64,000 nucleotides of DNA. Origin: Chrysomallon squamiferum (taxonomy: Eukaryota; Animalia; Mollusca). Made by a program: the position numbers and the translations under genes. The stretch spans positions 30,318,001-30,382,000 of the forward strand of contig CM022679.1 in the NCBI GenBank assembly GCA_012295275.1. The letters run 5' to 3'. The notes below the pieces were generated by a model. That model was not told the DNA's origin and searched no databases. It was given only the letters and a program-made list of their open reading frames with translations. Every line of letters begins with the position of its first letter. The first letter of the stretch is position 1. Shown piece by piece: positions 44,101-58,776 of the stretch.

Positions 44101-45550
44101 GTATGTTAGAGGTAAAAAGTTGTTTTTGTAAATTTGGTAAAAAATGCAAGAAATATAAAATGAGATCTGGCCACGTTATTCACATGAGCTTGAAACAATA
44201 TCAAGAAACTTTCACCAAGATAGTGAAGTAAATAGTTTCAGCCTTATTTGCTTATTTTTAATTCACTGTTTTTCTTACACAAAAGAAAACTTGACTAATT
44301 ATTTGTTCTGTGTTCCCTTAACCTGCTTTATATATCATTTTCTTCACAACTATAACCAGTTTTTATCTATACAGTATATGTATGTGTGTTCTACTGTTAC
44401 TTCATTATCAACTGGTAGTTTCAGTGATGTCACAGCTTCTTAACACTCTTAACCAATAGTAACCCCTCATAGCAGTAACCATAGTGACAGCATAGCGACC
44501 GTGAGAATTACTAAAAGCTTGTTGTTGCACACTACCTACCAGTCAGTTGGCCACTGACTTATTTATTTATTTATTCTTTTGCATGTCCGCGCATATTTTC
44601 AGAGTCTTGACGATATTCAGGTGAGAGATGCAAACTCAAAATTTTGTTTTTGTCTCTCTTCTTCTTCTTCTATATTTTCTTATTTTTCTTCTTTCTTTTC
44701 TTTTCTTTCTTTTTTTGAAAAAAAAAAAAATTTGCTTGTTTTTGCTCGGTCTGCCTACACTGGTTGAAGAATATTTTTTAAAAATGCATCACTCTTTTGT
44801 TATATTTTATATTGGCATGAAGAAATTTTTAGTTCATTGTTTATTTTTTTTATTTTATTTTTTTATTATTTGGATTGGATAGTAGATACATGGTGTGGGA
44901 TAAAATATAAATTTTTAAAATACCTGTAACGTTTTATTTAAAAGCATGACTCAAATTATAAACTTTACTTTTCTCACAAAATCTTTTTTTTTAAATTTTT
45001 GGTCAAATACATAATTCTTTCATTTTATTTATTTTCAGTCATAAAGGGCTGAGGTTTTGTATTAAACACAGAATGTTATATTGTATCTTCAAATCTTTCT
45101 TCCCCTATCAAAAAAAAAAAAAAAAAGAAAAAAAAGACAAAAAAGAAAAGAAAAAGTTTTACAAGAGTAATTCTAAAAAATTTAAAAATTATCTTCCATA
45201 TCCAGAAATATTTAAAAAAAGCAACAAATTTAAACCAAACCCCTTCCCCTAATCCCAAGCAAGTTCTCCATATACCAGTCTGTCCATAGTTCTCTCCCCT
45301 TAAACATGTTATTTCTATTAAGTTAATAAATTAAAAAAAGAAAGAATGTCATTGTTAATAATTTTGTTTACTGAGTATATCTCATTGGCTGGTTATTTAT
45401 AGAATGCAGATCGCACAAACACACTTCTATGTTCAGAAAGATACCATAGCCAGAAACCGATAATGTCTGATTATGTTTGGCCAGCTTTAGTCGCGCGTTC
45501 CAGTTATTCCCAGTAGTTTTATTTTTTATTATTTCTTTTTAAATATTATT

Positions 45551-45607
<57 letters not shown>

Positions 45608-45617
45608 GTTATTGTTA

Positions 45618-45682
<65 letters not shown>

Positions 45683-48340
45683 GTTATTTGTTTGTTTTTT
45701 TTGGTCACTGGGAACATCCACAAAGTATGTATATACAAAACCTGATACATTAAAATGTAATTTTCTACATATCACGTTAAGACATTCATCCACCTTCTGT
45801 GCTGTCTGATTAATTGAATCCAGTTGAGACTTTTGACTGGAATAAATTTTGTGTCAAAAGTCTACAGCAGCCAGTCAAAAACTGAAATTAATTTTATTTA
45901 AATAATCTAAACTTGATATCCTAACACTTTTCACATTTAATCTTCACTTACTGGTGTGTGTCCACTGTGTCATATTTCCTGTGTGTAGTATATTTTCCAT
46001 GCTCCACTGCACCCTCTTAACATACTTTATGGATTGTCCCTGCAGTAAATATTAGTTTGCTGTCTATTTTTAGATACAAAAAAAATCTTTTTTGAAACTG
46101 AATTGTTTTTAGTTGTTTTAGCAGCATTTTGTGATAGTCATGTCTTTATGTGATTCTAACAAAATATTTACCTTTCAGCAGTAGAAAATTTAGTTTTGAG
46201 TAGAATTATAAATGAACATGTAGGCATGAAAGATAAAGTATACGATGTAATATTTCATTAGCTTATTAATAATGTGAAAATTGAAAATATTTTGTAGAAT
46301 TAGATGTAATGTGCTATTAGTGTATTCAAAAATGTTACAGATGATAAAAATCTTTTTTAAAATAAATTATAACATTTTATTTTGTGTATTTCTAGACAGA
46401 ATATAAATGTATGAAAGATTTAGACATTGATAGTTTGTGCATGATAGTTTGTGCAGAAAATAAATATTATGATGGCATAGTAAACTTAGAATAATAATTT
46501 TATTTCTTTATTTCATTTATTTGTTTATTTTTAACATTCAAAATGTATTACTACATATATATTTCTGTTTTTAATGGGTTTTGTTTATATTAATTAAAAA
46601 TTTTAATTATGTTTTTTGTTTATTTTCGTTTATTAACTACGATCATTATTTAATTACTATTATTATTTTAGATTTTTTTCCTTAAATTAGTTTAATTCCA
46701 TTGTTTATTTATTTTATATGACATCCTTGAAATTGCTCAAATTATTAAGTTACAAGCAACACATGTTTACTGATAAATTTGAATATATATTGCAAAATTT
46801 TATTACCTGGACATATGTATTATGACAACCAAACTACAGGCAGTTCTCGACTGCAAATTGTTTGTGTGTTTACTTGTTTGTAAAGTGGTAAAATATCACA
46901 TAAAAAATATTTAGTATCTGAAGGTAAGAGTTACTTAACAATTTAAGAATAACTAATGTTTTATTACTATTATTTTATTTCATTTTTATTGAAAAAGAAA
47001 TAAAAATATTCACTTGAAAAATAAAAGATTTTCACATTTTTGAATTTATTCAGTGGTTTCCCGTTTAATTCTAGATATAAAGCATTTAATAATCATAATA
47101 CTAAATATATTCTGAAGCAGTGAATTTATAAAGAAGAAAATTACCTCTATATGATAAATACATTTTCATCCAGTCTGCTAAGCACATCTTTAAAAAAACT
47201 AAAAAAAGAATTTAATTGATTTTTATTATTTTGGTTATTTTACATAAATTATAAACAGTATTCAGTGAAATCATAAAGAAAAAAAATTAATTTACATATA
47301 AGTTTTGTGGTTCTTGCTCTTAGTTAATTAGTCTCATGACCTTAGGATGTGAAGGTCACAGGAAGTTAGTATTTTTAATTACTTGGTTGTAAGTATTCCA
47401 GTTATTAAACCATTATATCTTTTGAAAATTACTTATGATATTTAAAAGAAATATATTTTCATTTTAACTAGTAAAATTTATTCATATTTATTATCTTTAA
47501 AACTGTTGCATCTTTGCAGAAATTTGCACAATATTTCTGTACATTACCAAAGTAGTCAGAAGTAATTGATGTCAAAAATCTCTAAACTTTGACTCCATTT
47601 TTGTTATATTTTTCTGAATGAAAGTGTACAAAATTAATATCAAATACTGTAAATTTTATACTCAGAAATCAAACTTAATTTACCAGACTTCATTATATGC
47701 AAAATAAAATTAATTATTAGAAATTGAAAATTGTAGTAAACATAAATTTTGTTAACATTGTTATAATAATGAAAAAGCAGAAAGGAAACAGGCAGGTGCT
47801 CTCAAGTACAGATCCCAGCTATAACTCTCCCATAAAAAAACCCACATATAAAGTCAAACTTGAATAGGTCTAGGACAGGAAATATTTAAATTAATAAACA
47901 TTATTATCCCTGAACCAGCAAAACATAAACATCTGAAAAAGTTATGGTTATGAATTTCAAAAAATAATAATAAAATAAAAAATAATAAAAAATAAAATCT
48001 GTAACAAAAATATAAAATAATAAAAAGGTAATCAAGCAAACTGATTTTTCCAGATTTTAAGTATTTTTTTTTTTTAATTAATTATAACAGATATAAAAAT
48101 GTATGAACATTATTTATTTCATAAATAATTTTTTTAACATATATAAAATCATAACTGGGGGCATGCACACCCAATACAAACATATGCATACAGTTTATGA
48201 CTAATATTTAATTTGCAATTCACTTTTTTAAGTCAACATAATTATTTATTTATTACATTTTTAGTTTTTATTATTGTTGTTGTTACTATTATTATTATTA
48301 TTATTATTACTATTACTATTACTATTACTATTACTATTAC

Positions 48341-48408
<68 letters not shown>

Positions 48409-50437
48409 TCAGATCGAATCATTAAAAAAATAAAAGAGAGAGAAAAGAAAAGAAATGATGATAATAAAATAAATAAATAAAATTTAATTAAAACTAATAA
48501 ATTTTATTCCAGGAATCTGAATCTGCAGAGGAAGAGTCCAGTCCAAGTAGTGCAAGAGGTTCCGTGGTTGATCGAACTGCACCTAGAGTAGAAGCAGAAA
48601 GTAAGTAGAATTGTTGGTTTTATTGTCATAGCAACAGAGACTGGTTTTTTGAACTACTTCACATTTCATAGATATTTATTTATATAAAGCACTGCCACAT
48701 ATATTGTACACAGATTTGGTTGAGGGATAGATATAGAATTATAATACATGATAATGATTAGAGCTTAGCTTTGAAAATATAAATGAATTTAACACTGACT
48801 TAAGTTATAATTTTTATTTTATTTATTGTTTTATATATTTTGTGAAATATTTAACAACTAAAATATATATTCATTAATTTCCAGTTCTGAAATTCTTTTT
48901 TTTATTTTTGTGACATATCTAATATGTAAAATAATATTTACAGGTTTTTTTGAATATTTCTTTTTATGTTTTTCAACATTTTTATGATTATTATTTTTAT
49001 TTTGTGAGAATTGTGGAGTTTGTGTTTTATCTAAAACTGTAAATATCTTGTACAAGTATCTGTATTCAAAATGCCTGTCAAATAGATTTTATCCATCATT
49101 AATAATATTATTATGTTGTTGTTTTTAGTTATTACTGTTGTTAATATTTATTTGTTACGAATTATGTTTTTTGTTTTGTTTATGAAGCATCATTCACTAC
49201 ATTGTAATAAATGAAAAGAAATGTCAGACGTAAAACATAGATCAACTTCTGTTCTAATTGTCAGTCACATGTCACTCGGGATGCCAGTTATTTTCTTTAC
49301 CTAACTCCCTCGTGTCTTTCCCAATTTCCCCTGCAGTGACAGGTTCTAGACCCGAATCTATAACAGAGGAACAAATTTTAGCTGAACTAGATACGCGCAG
49401 ACCTGTTGCAAAGGTCACCACACCAGAAGAAGATGCAAACATTTCTCAGAAAAAGAAAGAGGCGTATTTAGATCTGGCAGCCCAAATGGACAACCTAGCT
49501 CAGCAAGAAGAAGAAGAATTACGTAGAGAGCAACAACAGGAAGGTACAGGCAGCCATCTTTGATTTGCACGTGTCTCGTCTTTTTTTTTTTTCATAGCAA
49601 CAACTAATGCTGCCTGGTTGTTGTTGTTGTTGTTATTTTCCTCGACGTTGTCTTCATTATTGACATGGCATGTGTCATTAATGAATTGTCTTTTTTTACC
49701 CCTTTAACAACATTGCACGATCATCTTGATTTTGTTTTTTTTATTTTTAGTTTTTTTTTACACTTTTAAAAAAACAGTTTTCTTCTAATATTTTTCTCCA
49801 TTTATTGCAGAAATATTTGATCATGTTTTCGATGATCAAATATTTCTGCAATAAATGTTTTCGATGATATTAGATTCTTGGGTTTAAAATAGCTTGCATC
49901 CCTTTATTAACATTTTGTGAAATGTAGCTCATTGTCATTTGCTAATGTTTTTTCTCATTATTATTTAGTCATTCATTCAGTGTTGTGTTTTTCTTTTCTT
50001 TTTTCTTTAAAACATTTTTTTTTATATCCTTTTACTCAAAAAAAAGTAATAATAATAATAATAATAATAATAATTATAATAATTAAAAAAAACAAAAAAT
50101 AAAGGCAACAGAGAACAAAAATACTCACCGTAAACATTGTATTCCATAAAGTGTAGAATGTTTTAAAAACTAAATCCATCAGAATACAAGAATTTGGAAC
50201 AAACAAAAAAAATGAAATGAATTTCCTTCACAACAAAAACCAAACAGAATTACCTCGGTTTCTTTTTAAAAAGAAAATTCCTTTAGATGTCCAGTAGAAC
50301 ATAAAGATTCCCTTTCTGCTAAAAGGAAAGAATACAATATGAAAGCACAATTTTTGTTTTTTAATAAAAACAACAGAATTGTATTTCATATAGCAAGAAG
50401 TACTGCAGATATGTATGAAAGTAGGACAACAGACATG

Positions 50438-50489
<52 letters not shown>

Positions 50490-50824
50490 TACTTAGAGGT
50501 CATAACGACAGCTGTGTTTATAACTAATCAATATATTGATGCATTAATGTGCCACATCCCAGTACATGGAAACATCTACACTCACTAATAGTTATATTTA
50601 GTCAACACAGCTTTTTTATTTTTATCTGTCTGTTTATGACTGTTGTGACTTGAACACATAAAACAATGAGGGTACTTCATATGCTGTGTGCCTTCTTTGT
50701 CTGGTTAATTTCTCTCTTTAAGAAGTTTTTCTGGGTAGAGTCGATATCGTATCAGACAGAATCAACTCCAAAGTCATCATGCAGTAAGACTTAATACTTA
50801 TTTTTGTATGATAATTGGATGATA

Positions 50825-50882
<58 letters not shown>

Positions 50883-50930
50883 AAATCTGTTTGACCTCTG
50901 CTATCATTGTGTATTGGCAGGTAGCATAAA

Positions 50931-50962
<32 letters not shown>

Positions 50963-53900
50963 GATCTGTGTGACCCCTTCTATGTTTGTTGTGTTCTGGC
51001 ATGCAGCATAAATGTTATTATTAATATTATTATTTTTATAATTTGTATTGTCATCATTATTATTTGTCTGTGTAACTCCTATCTTTGTTTATTGGCATAT
51101 GGCATAAATATTGTTATTTAATATAGATATTTCTTAATTTATTTTTTGTTTCACGTCATCCTAACATTGTATGTTTTAAAACAAACAAAAATAATAATAA
51201 TAAAAAAATTCAAAATCTAACGGCATGTAGTGTTTGGGAAAAGAAACTAACTTTTTTATTTTCACTTTTTGTAGTAAACTCTTTACATTATAAATATACT
51301 GATCATTAATATAAATATTTTAATACTGAATTTTTGTTTAATTTAATATTCAAATGTATAATTTTATTTTTTTTTTTAATGTTTTTTTTTATTATAATGT
51401 CATCTTGCACATTGGAATTTGATATCCATTTTTTTTAAGTTTTTTTTTTTACAATTAAAATGCAGACAAAATATTTTACTTATTAACTCTATTTATCAGC
51501 TTCTATTTAAACTTAATTATGTAATTTATATTGATGCATATTGGATGAATATTACATGTATGTTAAAATGTCATACTGACATTCTGGATTTTAATAATTA
51601 AATTTGAAAGGTCAAGACAGACTTGCATTGTTGTAATAAAAAATGTGTTTTATTTGTGCTGTATAAATATTGTCATTTATTTAACATTCTATGCTCAGTT
51701 GTAGTATGCTTTCTTATTAGTACATTAAATTTAAAAATGCAAATCCAAAAATTTGAAATATGATTATAATTTGTCTTGGATGTATTCAAACACACACTGT
51801 TGAGCTGAGCTAAGATGTAGAACATCTCAGTTTTTGAATTGATGTTCTTGGCTCACTGCACAACATTTATAAAAATAATAAATAAGAATAAATGCATATT
51901 TTAAAATTAAATTTAACAAACTTTAAAACTGATGACATTGTTTTTTGTACACAAACACACATATACACACAAACACACATGAACATGTGTATATATATAT
52001 ATATATATACATGTTCATTAGAATTTTATTTTTTACAAATGAAATAAATTCACATAAACGAGCACAAAAAAAAAAAGAATGAAAAAGTATTTGCTGGAGG
52101 AATTTTGGATTTGCACAAACTAACATAGACTTGCTTCTAATTACTTGAAATCACAGAAGCTGAAGAGAGGGTATCAATATCGGAAGATCATGTAGTTAAG
52201 AGCGAGAAGGCAAGTCCAGAGGAGGTGACACAGAAAGTTAGTGAGGCCATTGCTCAGGTTTCTCGACTGGAAGCAGTTTCTCAACCACCAACCAAACCCA
52301 CAGAAGGTAGCTTGTGAATCCCTCCTTGCACTCGAGAGCACCAACATTTCAGTTTTCTGTTGACTGTGGTTTTGGTTTTGTTCTGTTTGTTTTAGATGTA
52401 GCAGTCACTAATGAATGCTGGTTGTTTATTATTATTATTTTTTTTTTTTTATTGTAATTAGGTAAATTCTAATGCAGATATTTGGATTCTTTTTATTGGT
52501 TTAAAATTGGAAAGAAAAAAAGATAATGAAAACTAGAGAGAAAGAAGGAGTTGGTGAAAGAGAGTGAGAAAAAAAAAAAAAAAAAAAGAATAATCTTTCC
52601 ATTAAGCCAGTAAAAGTCCAGTCTGCTGTCTAACAGTGCATTGATGTTGTTTATTTTTACACACCTGTGGTCTTCTTATTCTAATGAATACTAATTATGA
52701 TCTGTACTAACTAAACTCATTATTTATTTCTGATTATCTGTAAGCCTAATGCAGGTTTTATTAAATATTATATCATTCTAGACAGTGACAATTAATGATG
52801 GATTTTGCTTCACCTGATGTAGTCTTATTACCTTTACTTTAAAAAAAAAGAAAAAAAAAGTCCTTTTTCTATTTTATGATTTAATTAGCATTTTTGTCAT
52901 AGTATATTGTATGTACTCTTTATTTTTTAATATTGTGTTGAATGGTACCTTTTGTAGTTTGAAAGTTTTTATTGTATGCATAGACTAATAAATGTTGTGG
53001 CATGTATAAAATGCATTAATCATAGATTTTTCTTTTTTTACTAACATATTGTCATGTTAAACTGTTCTATATAGCACTATTTTTTTTTTTTTCTTTTTTT
53101 TTTTAATTACATATATATTTTTTTATATGTATAATTAGATGTTAGAAAAGTAAAAAAAAGAAAAAAATTATAAACAGAACAATTATTAAAGTAAAATAGA
53201 ATTTTGTTTTATTTTCTTTTATTATTATTATTTTTTTTATTTGTTTAATTTGTTTTTACAGTAACTGTGACACAGTGAAAATTAATTCTGAAAACGTAAA
53301 TGGTTATTTTTATCTTTATGTAAATAATACTTCAGTAAACTGTTGTCAAGTAATATCTGTAGTAGTTTTCATCTCTGTATTATTTTTATTTTTTCAAAAC
53401 AGTGTGGAAGATAGGAAATTAATTTTGCTTCATAGCAAATAACAACTCTTATTTTTAGGGCTACAAGTTTTTCTTTTTTATATATGACATGTAATTATTT
53501 ATTTATTTTATATTTTTTTTAATATTAAATTAAAACTAATTAATATAATTCTAATTTTTTTATTATTATTTTTATTTTATTATTATTATTTTTTTTAAAC
53601 TCACTGTGAATTATGTTTTATGTTATGAATTACCTTTGGTGCAACATTTTTAAATACATTTTTTAAAATTTATATTGTTTATATGTTGAAAGACAGTATT
53701 TGTATTTTGAACTTACAAAGAAATAATTTTCTTATGAATACAGCTTACATTATTATTATTAGTAGTATTTTGATTGTGATTATTATTATTTATTATGATT
53801 ATTGTTATTTTTATTATGTTATTGTTATTCAGAAATTATAGTGGTAGTAGTGTAGATAGGAATAGATTTTTTTATATATATATATATATATGAACAAGCA

Positions 53901-55627
53901 CAATTACAAAACAGCAAAGATAGATAGATAGATATATCCTTTCTAGTATAAACATAGACATGTATGGAATATTTATTTTGTATTACAATAATGTTATTAA
54001 TAATCCATTGCTTTGGCCTAAAACAATATCAACTGCATTGTGCATGTGCCTGGTTGCTTGCAGGGAAAGCAGTTGATGAAGAAGAAGTGTTGACTCCCCC
54101 TCCAAGTCCTACAGAACCAGTCGAAGGTATTAAACATAGAAACACTACTCTAACACATCTCCTAAATCCATCAATCCATCCTTCATATCCTTCAGGTACA
54201 CCACCTAACATCACCAGTTCATCATTGTCATCTGTTAATTCATTTTTGTAACAGCATTTTTGTTAAATCCTGCAGTCTGCATCAAAGTGGAGTTCAATTC
54301 AGTTAATTTGTCTCTTAATTTATTATTCTGTTTCTTAAATTCAGTAATGTTTTATGTACATATTGTTAAATCTGTCTTGTTAAAGCATAAATATATTAAT
54401 TAAATTCATAAATAAAACTGTTCATATATATGTATGTCAATTATTCCTATGGATCTATCATAAATTCTTCAGTGGTGATAAATCTCTTAATCATATAAAT
54501 CCATTTCTTAAATCCTTAATACATTTGCTGACTCTCTTAATCCATGATTTAAATTCCATCTTTTAAATTCCATTTTTAAATCAGTCGGAAATTTGAGCAA
54601 ACATTAATTTTATCAGTAAACCCTCTTTTTCATCACTTACATACTGAGAAATCATTTCATCACACGAATTGTTTCACTGCTTATACTGAAACTGTTTGTC
54701 CATTTCCATATCCTGAAATTGTTTCACTGCTTATTCTGAAATTGTTTCACTGCCTAGCCTAATGCTGAAATTGTTTCATCACTTGACACTGCAATTTCAT
54801 CACTTGATGTACTGAGATAATTTAGATCACCTCATTGTTTTCACATTACTGAAAACATACTTCACACTTCCAATGTATTTACATAACTAGCAATTATGTA
54901 TTTATTTTTATATTTAAATTAAAAAAAATAGTTTTGAAATACGTTACAGGTGATTTATATGATTTGTGTTAATGTAAAAAGCACACAAAAGTTTAAAAAA
55001 ACAAAATTAACATTTTAATTAAACTCATAAAAAGTAATGAGCTAATACACATGTACTAATACACATTTTACATCTTTCTGTAAGTTAATAAAATGAAATA
55101 AAATTTTAAGGTGATGCAAATAAATATTACTATCATTAAAACAAAACTGATAAAGTTGTTTTTTGAAGATAAATTCTGAACAGAACCAAATATTTATTTA
55201 TTTCTTACCAATGAAAACAAACACCTTCAACAATTTTTGAAAACTGTTTGGTAAACCAGTTTTTCATTTTCAGATTACTAAATCTCTATTTTCTTATGGC
55301 TGTCATTAACTCTTTATTTGCTAATCTTTTATTCTTCTAAGTCTTTAAAAACAATGCACTAGAGAATACTCAAAATATTTAAACATTCATTTTATAATAT
55401 TTTTCCTAATATATTTTAGCTAAAGAAATAACGACATATTTTTGTTTGGGGGCTTATTGTTAAACATTAACAATTTTAACAACCAAACTTTTAATTACAT
55501 ACTTGAATTAGTCAAAAGTCAAAATCATTTTTTTTATTTATTTAAGCTTGTTAATTTTTTTCTTACATTTCTGTCTACACTTGAATATTTGAGAAAGCAC
55601 TTTGGGGGAAAATAAATAAATAAAAAA

Positions 55628-55666
<39 letters not shown>

Positions 55667-58063
55667 AATACTTTAAACTATAGTTTATATATTCAACTAT
55701 CACTTGATTTCTGTATGTATGAATAAACAATTTATACAGTTTCATTTTGCATTTTCAAGTTGTTTTGTAACTGAATAAATTAAGAAAGATTTAAAAAATA
55801 TATATTTAATGATTATCAAACTACATTTAAAATCAAATTAAAATTAATAATGAGCCACATGTCTATTAACTCCATTATCTTCACTAACCTTATTTTTTAA
55901 CACTTTAAAATTTATTTATTATTATTTTTTAAATAAATGAAATATATAAAACTAAAAATACTGAACAAGCTTATTTTATCAGCAGATATGTGTTTTAAAC
56001 TCTTCATAACTAAAATATTTTAGAAGAAATGCATTTTGTCTCTCTGTAGAGTCTTGTTTTGCTCTGAAATATTTCATGTTGCATTTGCATATTATTGGGG
56101 GGGGAAAAAAAGAAAAAAAAAAAAAAAAAAAAAAATAAAAAAAAAATAACAATAACAAATATTAAAAAAAAATTTATATTTATAAAAATTGTTTGTTATA
56201 TAATATTTACTGCATAATTAACCAGTACTTATACTTGTTACTTGAGAGTAAGCATAAATACAGCAACATCTTGAAAGCTGTAACTTGCATGTTTTAATTT
56301 GAATAGATAAACAAATACAATTTTTATTCAAGTTTAGTGTGAACTGAGTTTAAAATTATTGACTTTTTAAAGCTGTCATTTATTTTAAGCCAACCATACA
56401 TATGTTATGCCTACTAAATTTTGTATATATATATTTTTCATTTATGATTGTAAAAAAAAAAAAAAAAGTACTTTATGTTTAGCAATGGTGCTTAATTAAA
56501 GTTGAATTTATTAATATTTAATGCATGCTTGTTGGCACTAATTGTTTTAGCTTTTTGCCTTGCAAGATGTAGTGTGTCTAGACATGTGCTTGTATGTATT
56601 AATATGAACCAAAAACAAAACAAAGCAATATTCTTTTTAATATCAACAGCTTCATTAAATTAACATTTATTCTACTATTCATTATTATTATTATTATGTT
56701 TGTTTATATTATTTTTTTTTTTCTATTTATGTTTTTAATTTTTTTTTATGGTAAATTTAACTATTTTGATCACTGTTCAATAAGTAAAATTAATTTGAAG
56801 CATTGTGAAATTAAAATATATTTTAAAAACATTGCTTTTAGTTTTGAAATACTTGTAGCCAAATAGAAGCAAATGGTTAGTTTGCTTGTAGATGTTTGGT
56901 TGAAATGAAATCTCTGCATTTTGTGCATAATAAATTGAATTACAAAATTAAACATAAGATTACTTAATGCTTGTATTTTTACTTTTAGAAATGATTTGAT
57001 TTTCATTTGTTTGTAGTTAGTTTAATTTTAATTCACTAATAAATATAATGTTGGAAAAGATTAATAATTACAAAAATGTTGGATACTTTTATGAAAAATA
57101 CAAAACTGTTGGCTTCTTTTACTAAAGGCACAGGTTCCTATTTTGAATTAGGTGCATGATATAACTTTATAAATGAATTTTTTTTCAAAAATGCTTTGAT
57201 ATATCATTAATTATAAAAATTCTAAATACTAAAGTAATTAAATTCCAAAATGACATTTCCATTAAAAAAATATATAAAATAAGTTTAAGGAAAAGAAAAG
57301 AAAAGAAGTGAGAGTGAGGTAGAAAAAGAATTAATAAATTTTCTTTTTTTCTATTTATCTTTTTTATTTTATCTTTTTAAAAATCTAGAGAGAATTAAAT
57401 GAGAAACTTTGACAGAAAAGAATAGCTGTAGTATTTAGTCATATACATAGCTCAACTATGCAGGGTCTCAGGATCAAATCTTCTTAATATCCCATAGCTA
57501 GTTTTTTTTAGTTATATGTAAGGAGGGAAGAATAAATTTTAATTTTGATGTAAACTTTTTAACAAATATTTTATTAATTAATTTATTAAAAGTTGAATTA
57601 TTGTTTTTATTTTAGTTTTAATTTCAATTTTTGCTTCTTGAAAGATGTAATGAAGGAACCTGTATCTTTAACTTACATGTTTATGATATGCATTTAATAC
57701 CATACACTGAGCATTATGAAATCTTGTTTATCATGCTGCGTACTACCAGAGGAACAATATGTAGAGGAAGTAAAAACTGATGAGATCACAGTTTACGAGG
57801 AAGTTTATAAAATTACTGACGATGGAGTCACGTGGAAAACAATTCGCAAAGTTACCACAGTAACACCACAGGGTACTACTGAGCATACAGAGGTTCTCAA
57901 AGGTAGAAATGTCAGATAAAATTTGCCTCTGTTTTCTCCATATCTATGTACTCTTTATGCACTTTGGTGAGCTTTGGTTTACCCCAGCTGTTTTTTTTTT
58001 TTTATGTTTTAATGTATTATAATTTGTCAAAATTTTCCCAATGATGAATTAACCATTCTGGTG

Positions 58064-58100
<37 letters not shown>

Positions 58101-58728
58101 AACATTGGTGTATTGATAAACCGATATCTGAATAAACTGGTTTATATTTTATTTATAATTTATTGGTGGTTGTTAAAAAGAAGATAGTTAACGAACCGAG
58201 GGCAAAAGTGGATTAATTCAATTAATGCATTTTAAGGTTTATTTTTGAAGTCAGTATTGTATACAACAACAGCATAAATCTTGCTATTAAAACATTTTAT
58301 TCCCATCTTAACATTGCATTATTGTGAGTCTGGGTTGCAGAAACTCTGGTATCCTAGCAGTTAAAAAAAAAAAAAAAACACCAATGAAATTATTAATGTG
58401 GATTACTATTCTGTGGCTTCTTTCCCAGGGTCAAAACCAAATATGTTATTAACATTGTTGCTTTCACTGATAACAGAAGTTATCTGAACAACTGTAATTA
58501 ATTGTGTGTGTTGTCTTACGTATCTTGTTTTTAACACAGTACTTATCTTTAACACTGAAAATGGAATTGGTGAAATAATATATTTCATTTATAAACTGAA
58601 TGTAATTAACAAATTATGTGTTGGTGTTATATGTACTTAAAATACTTGTGTTGACTGTTCTTAACATTCTCACTTATTTTGTTAATAATCTTATGTATTC
58701 AACTTCATAGTTTATGTACATACATACA

Positions 58729-58776
<48 letters not shown>

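Noticed and set aside
57425-57505. Possible decayed tRNA-derived SINE head
   Set aside because: A and B boxes are too degenerate and there is no second copy in the window
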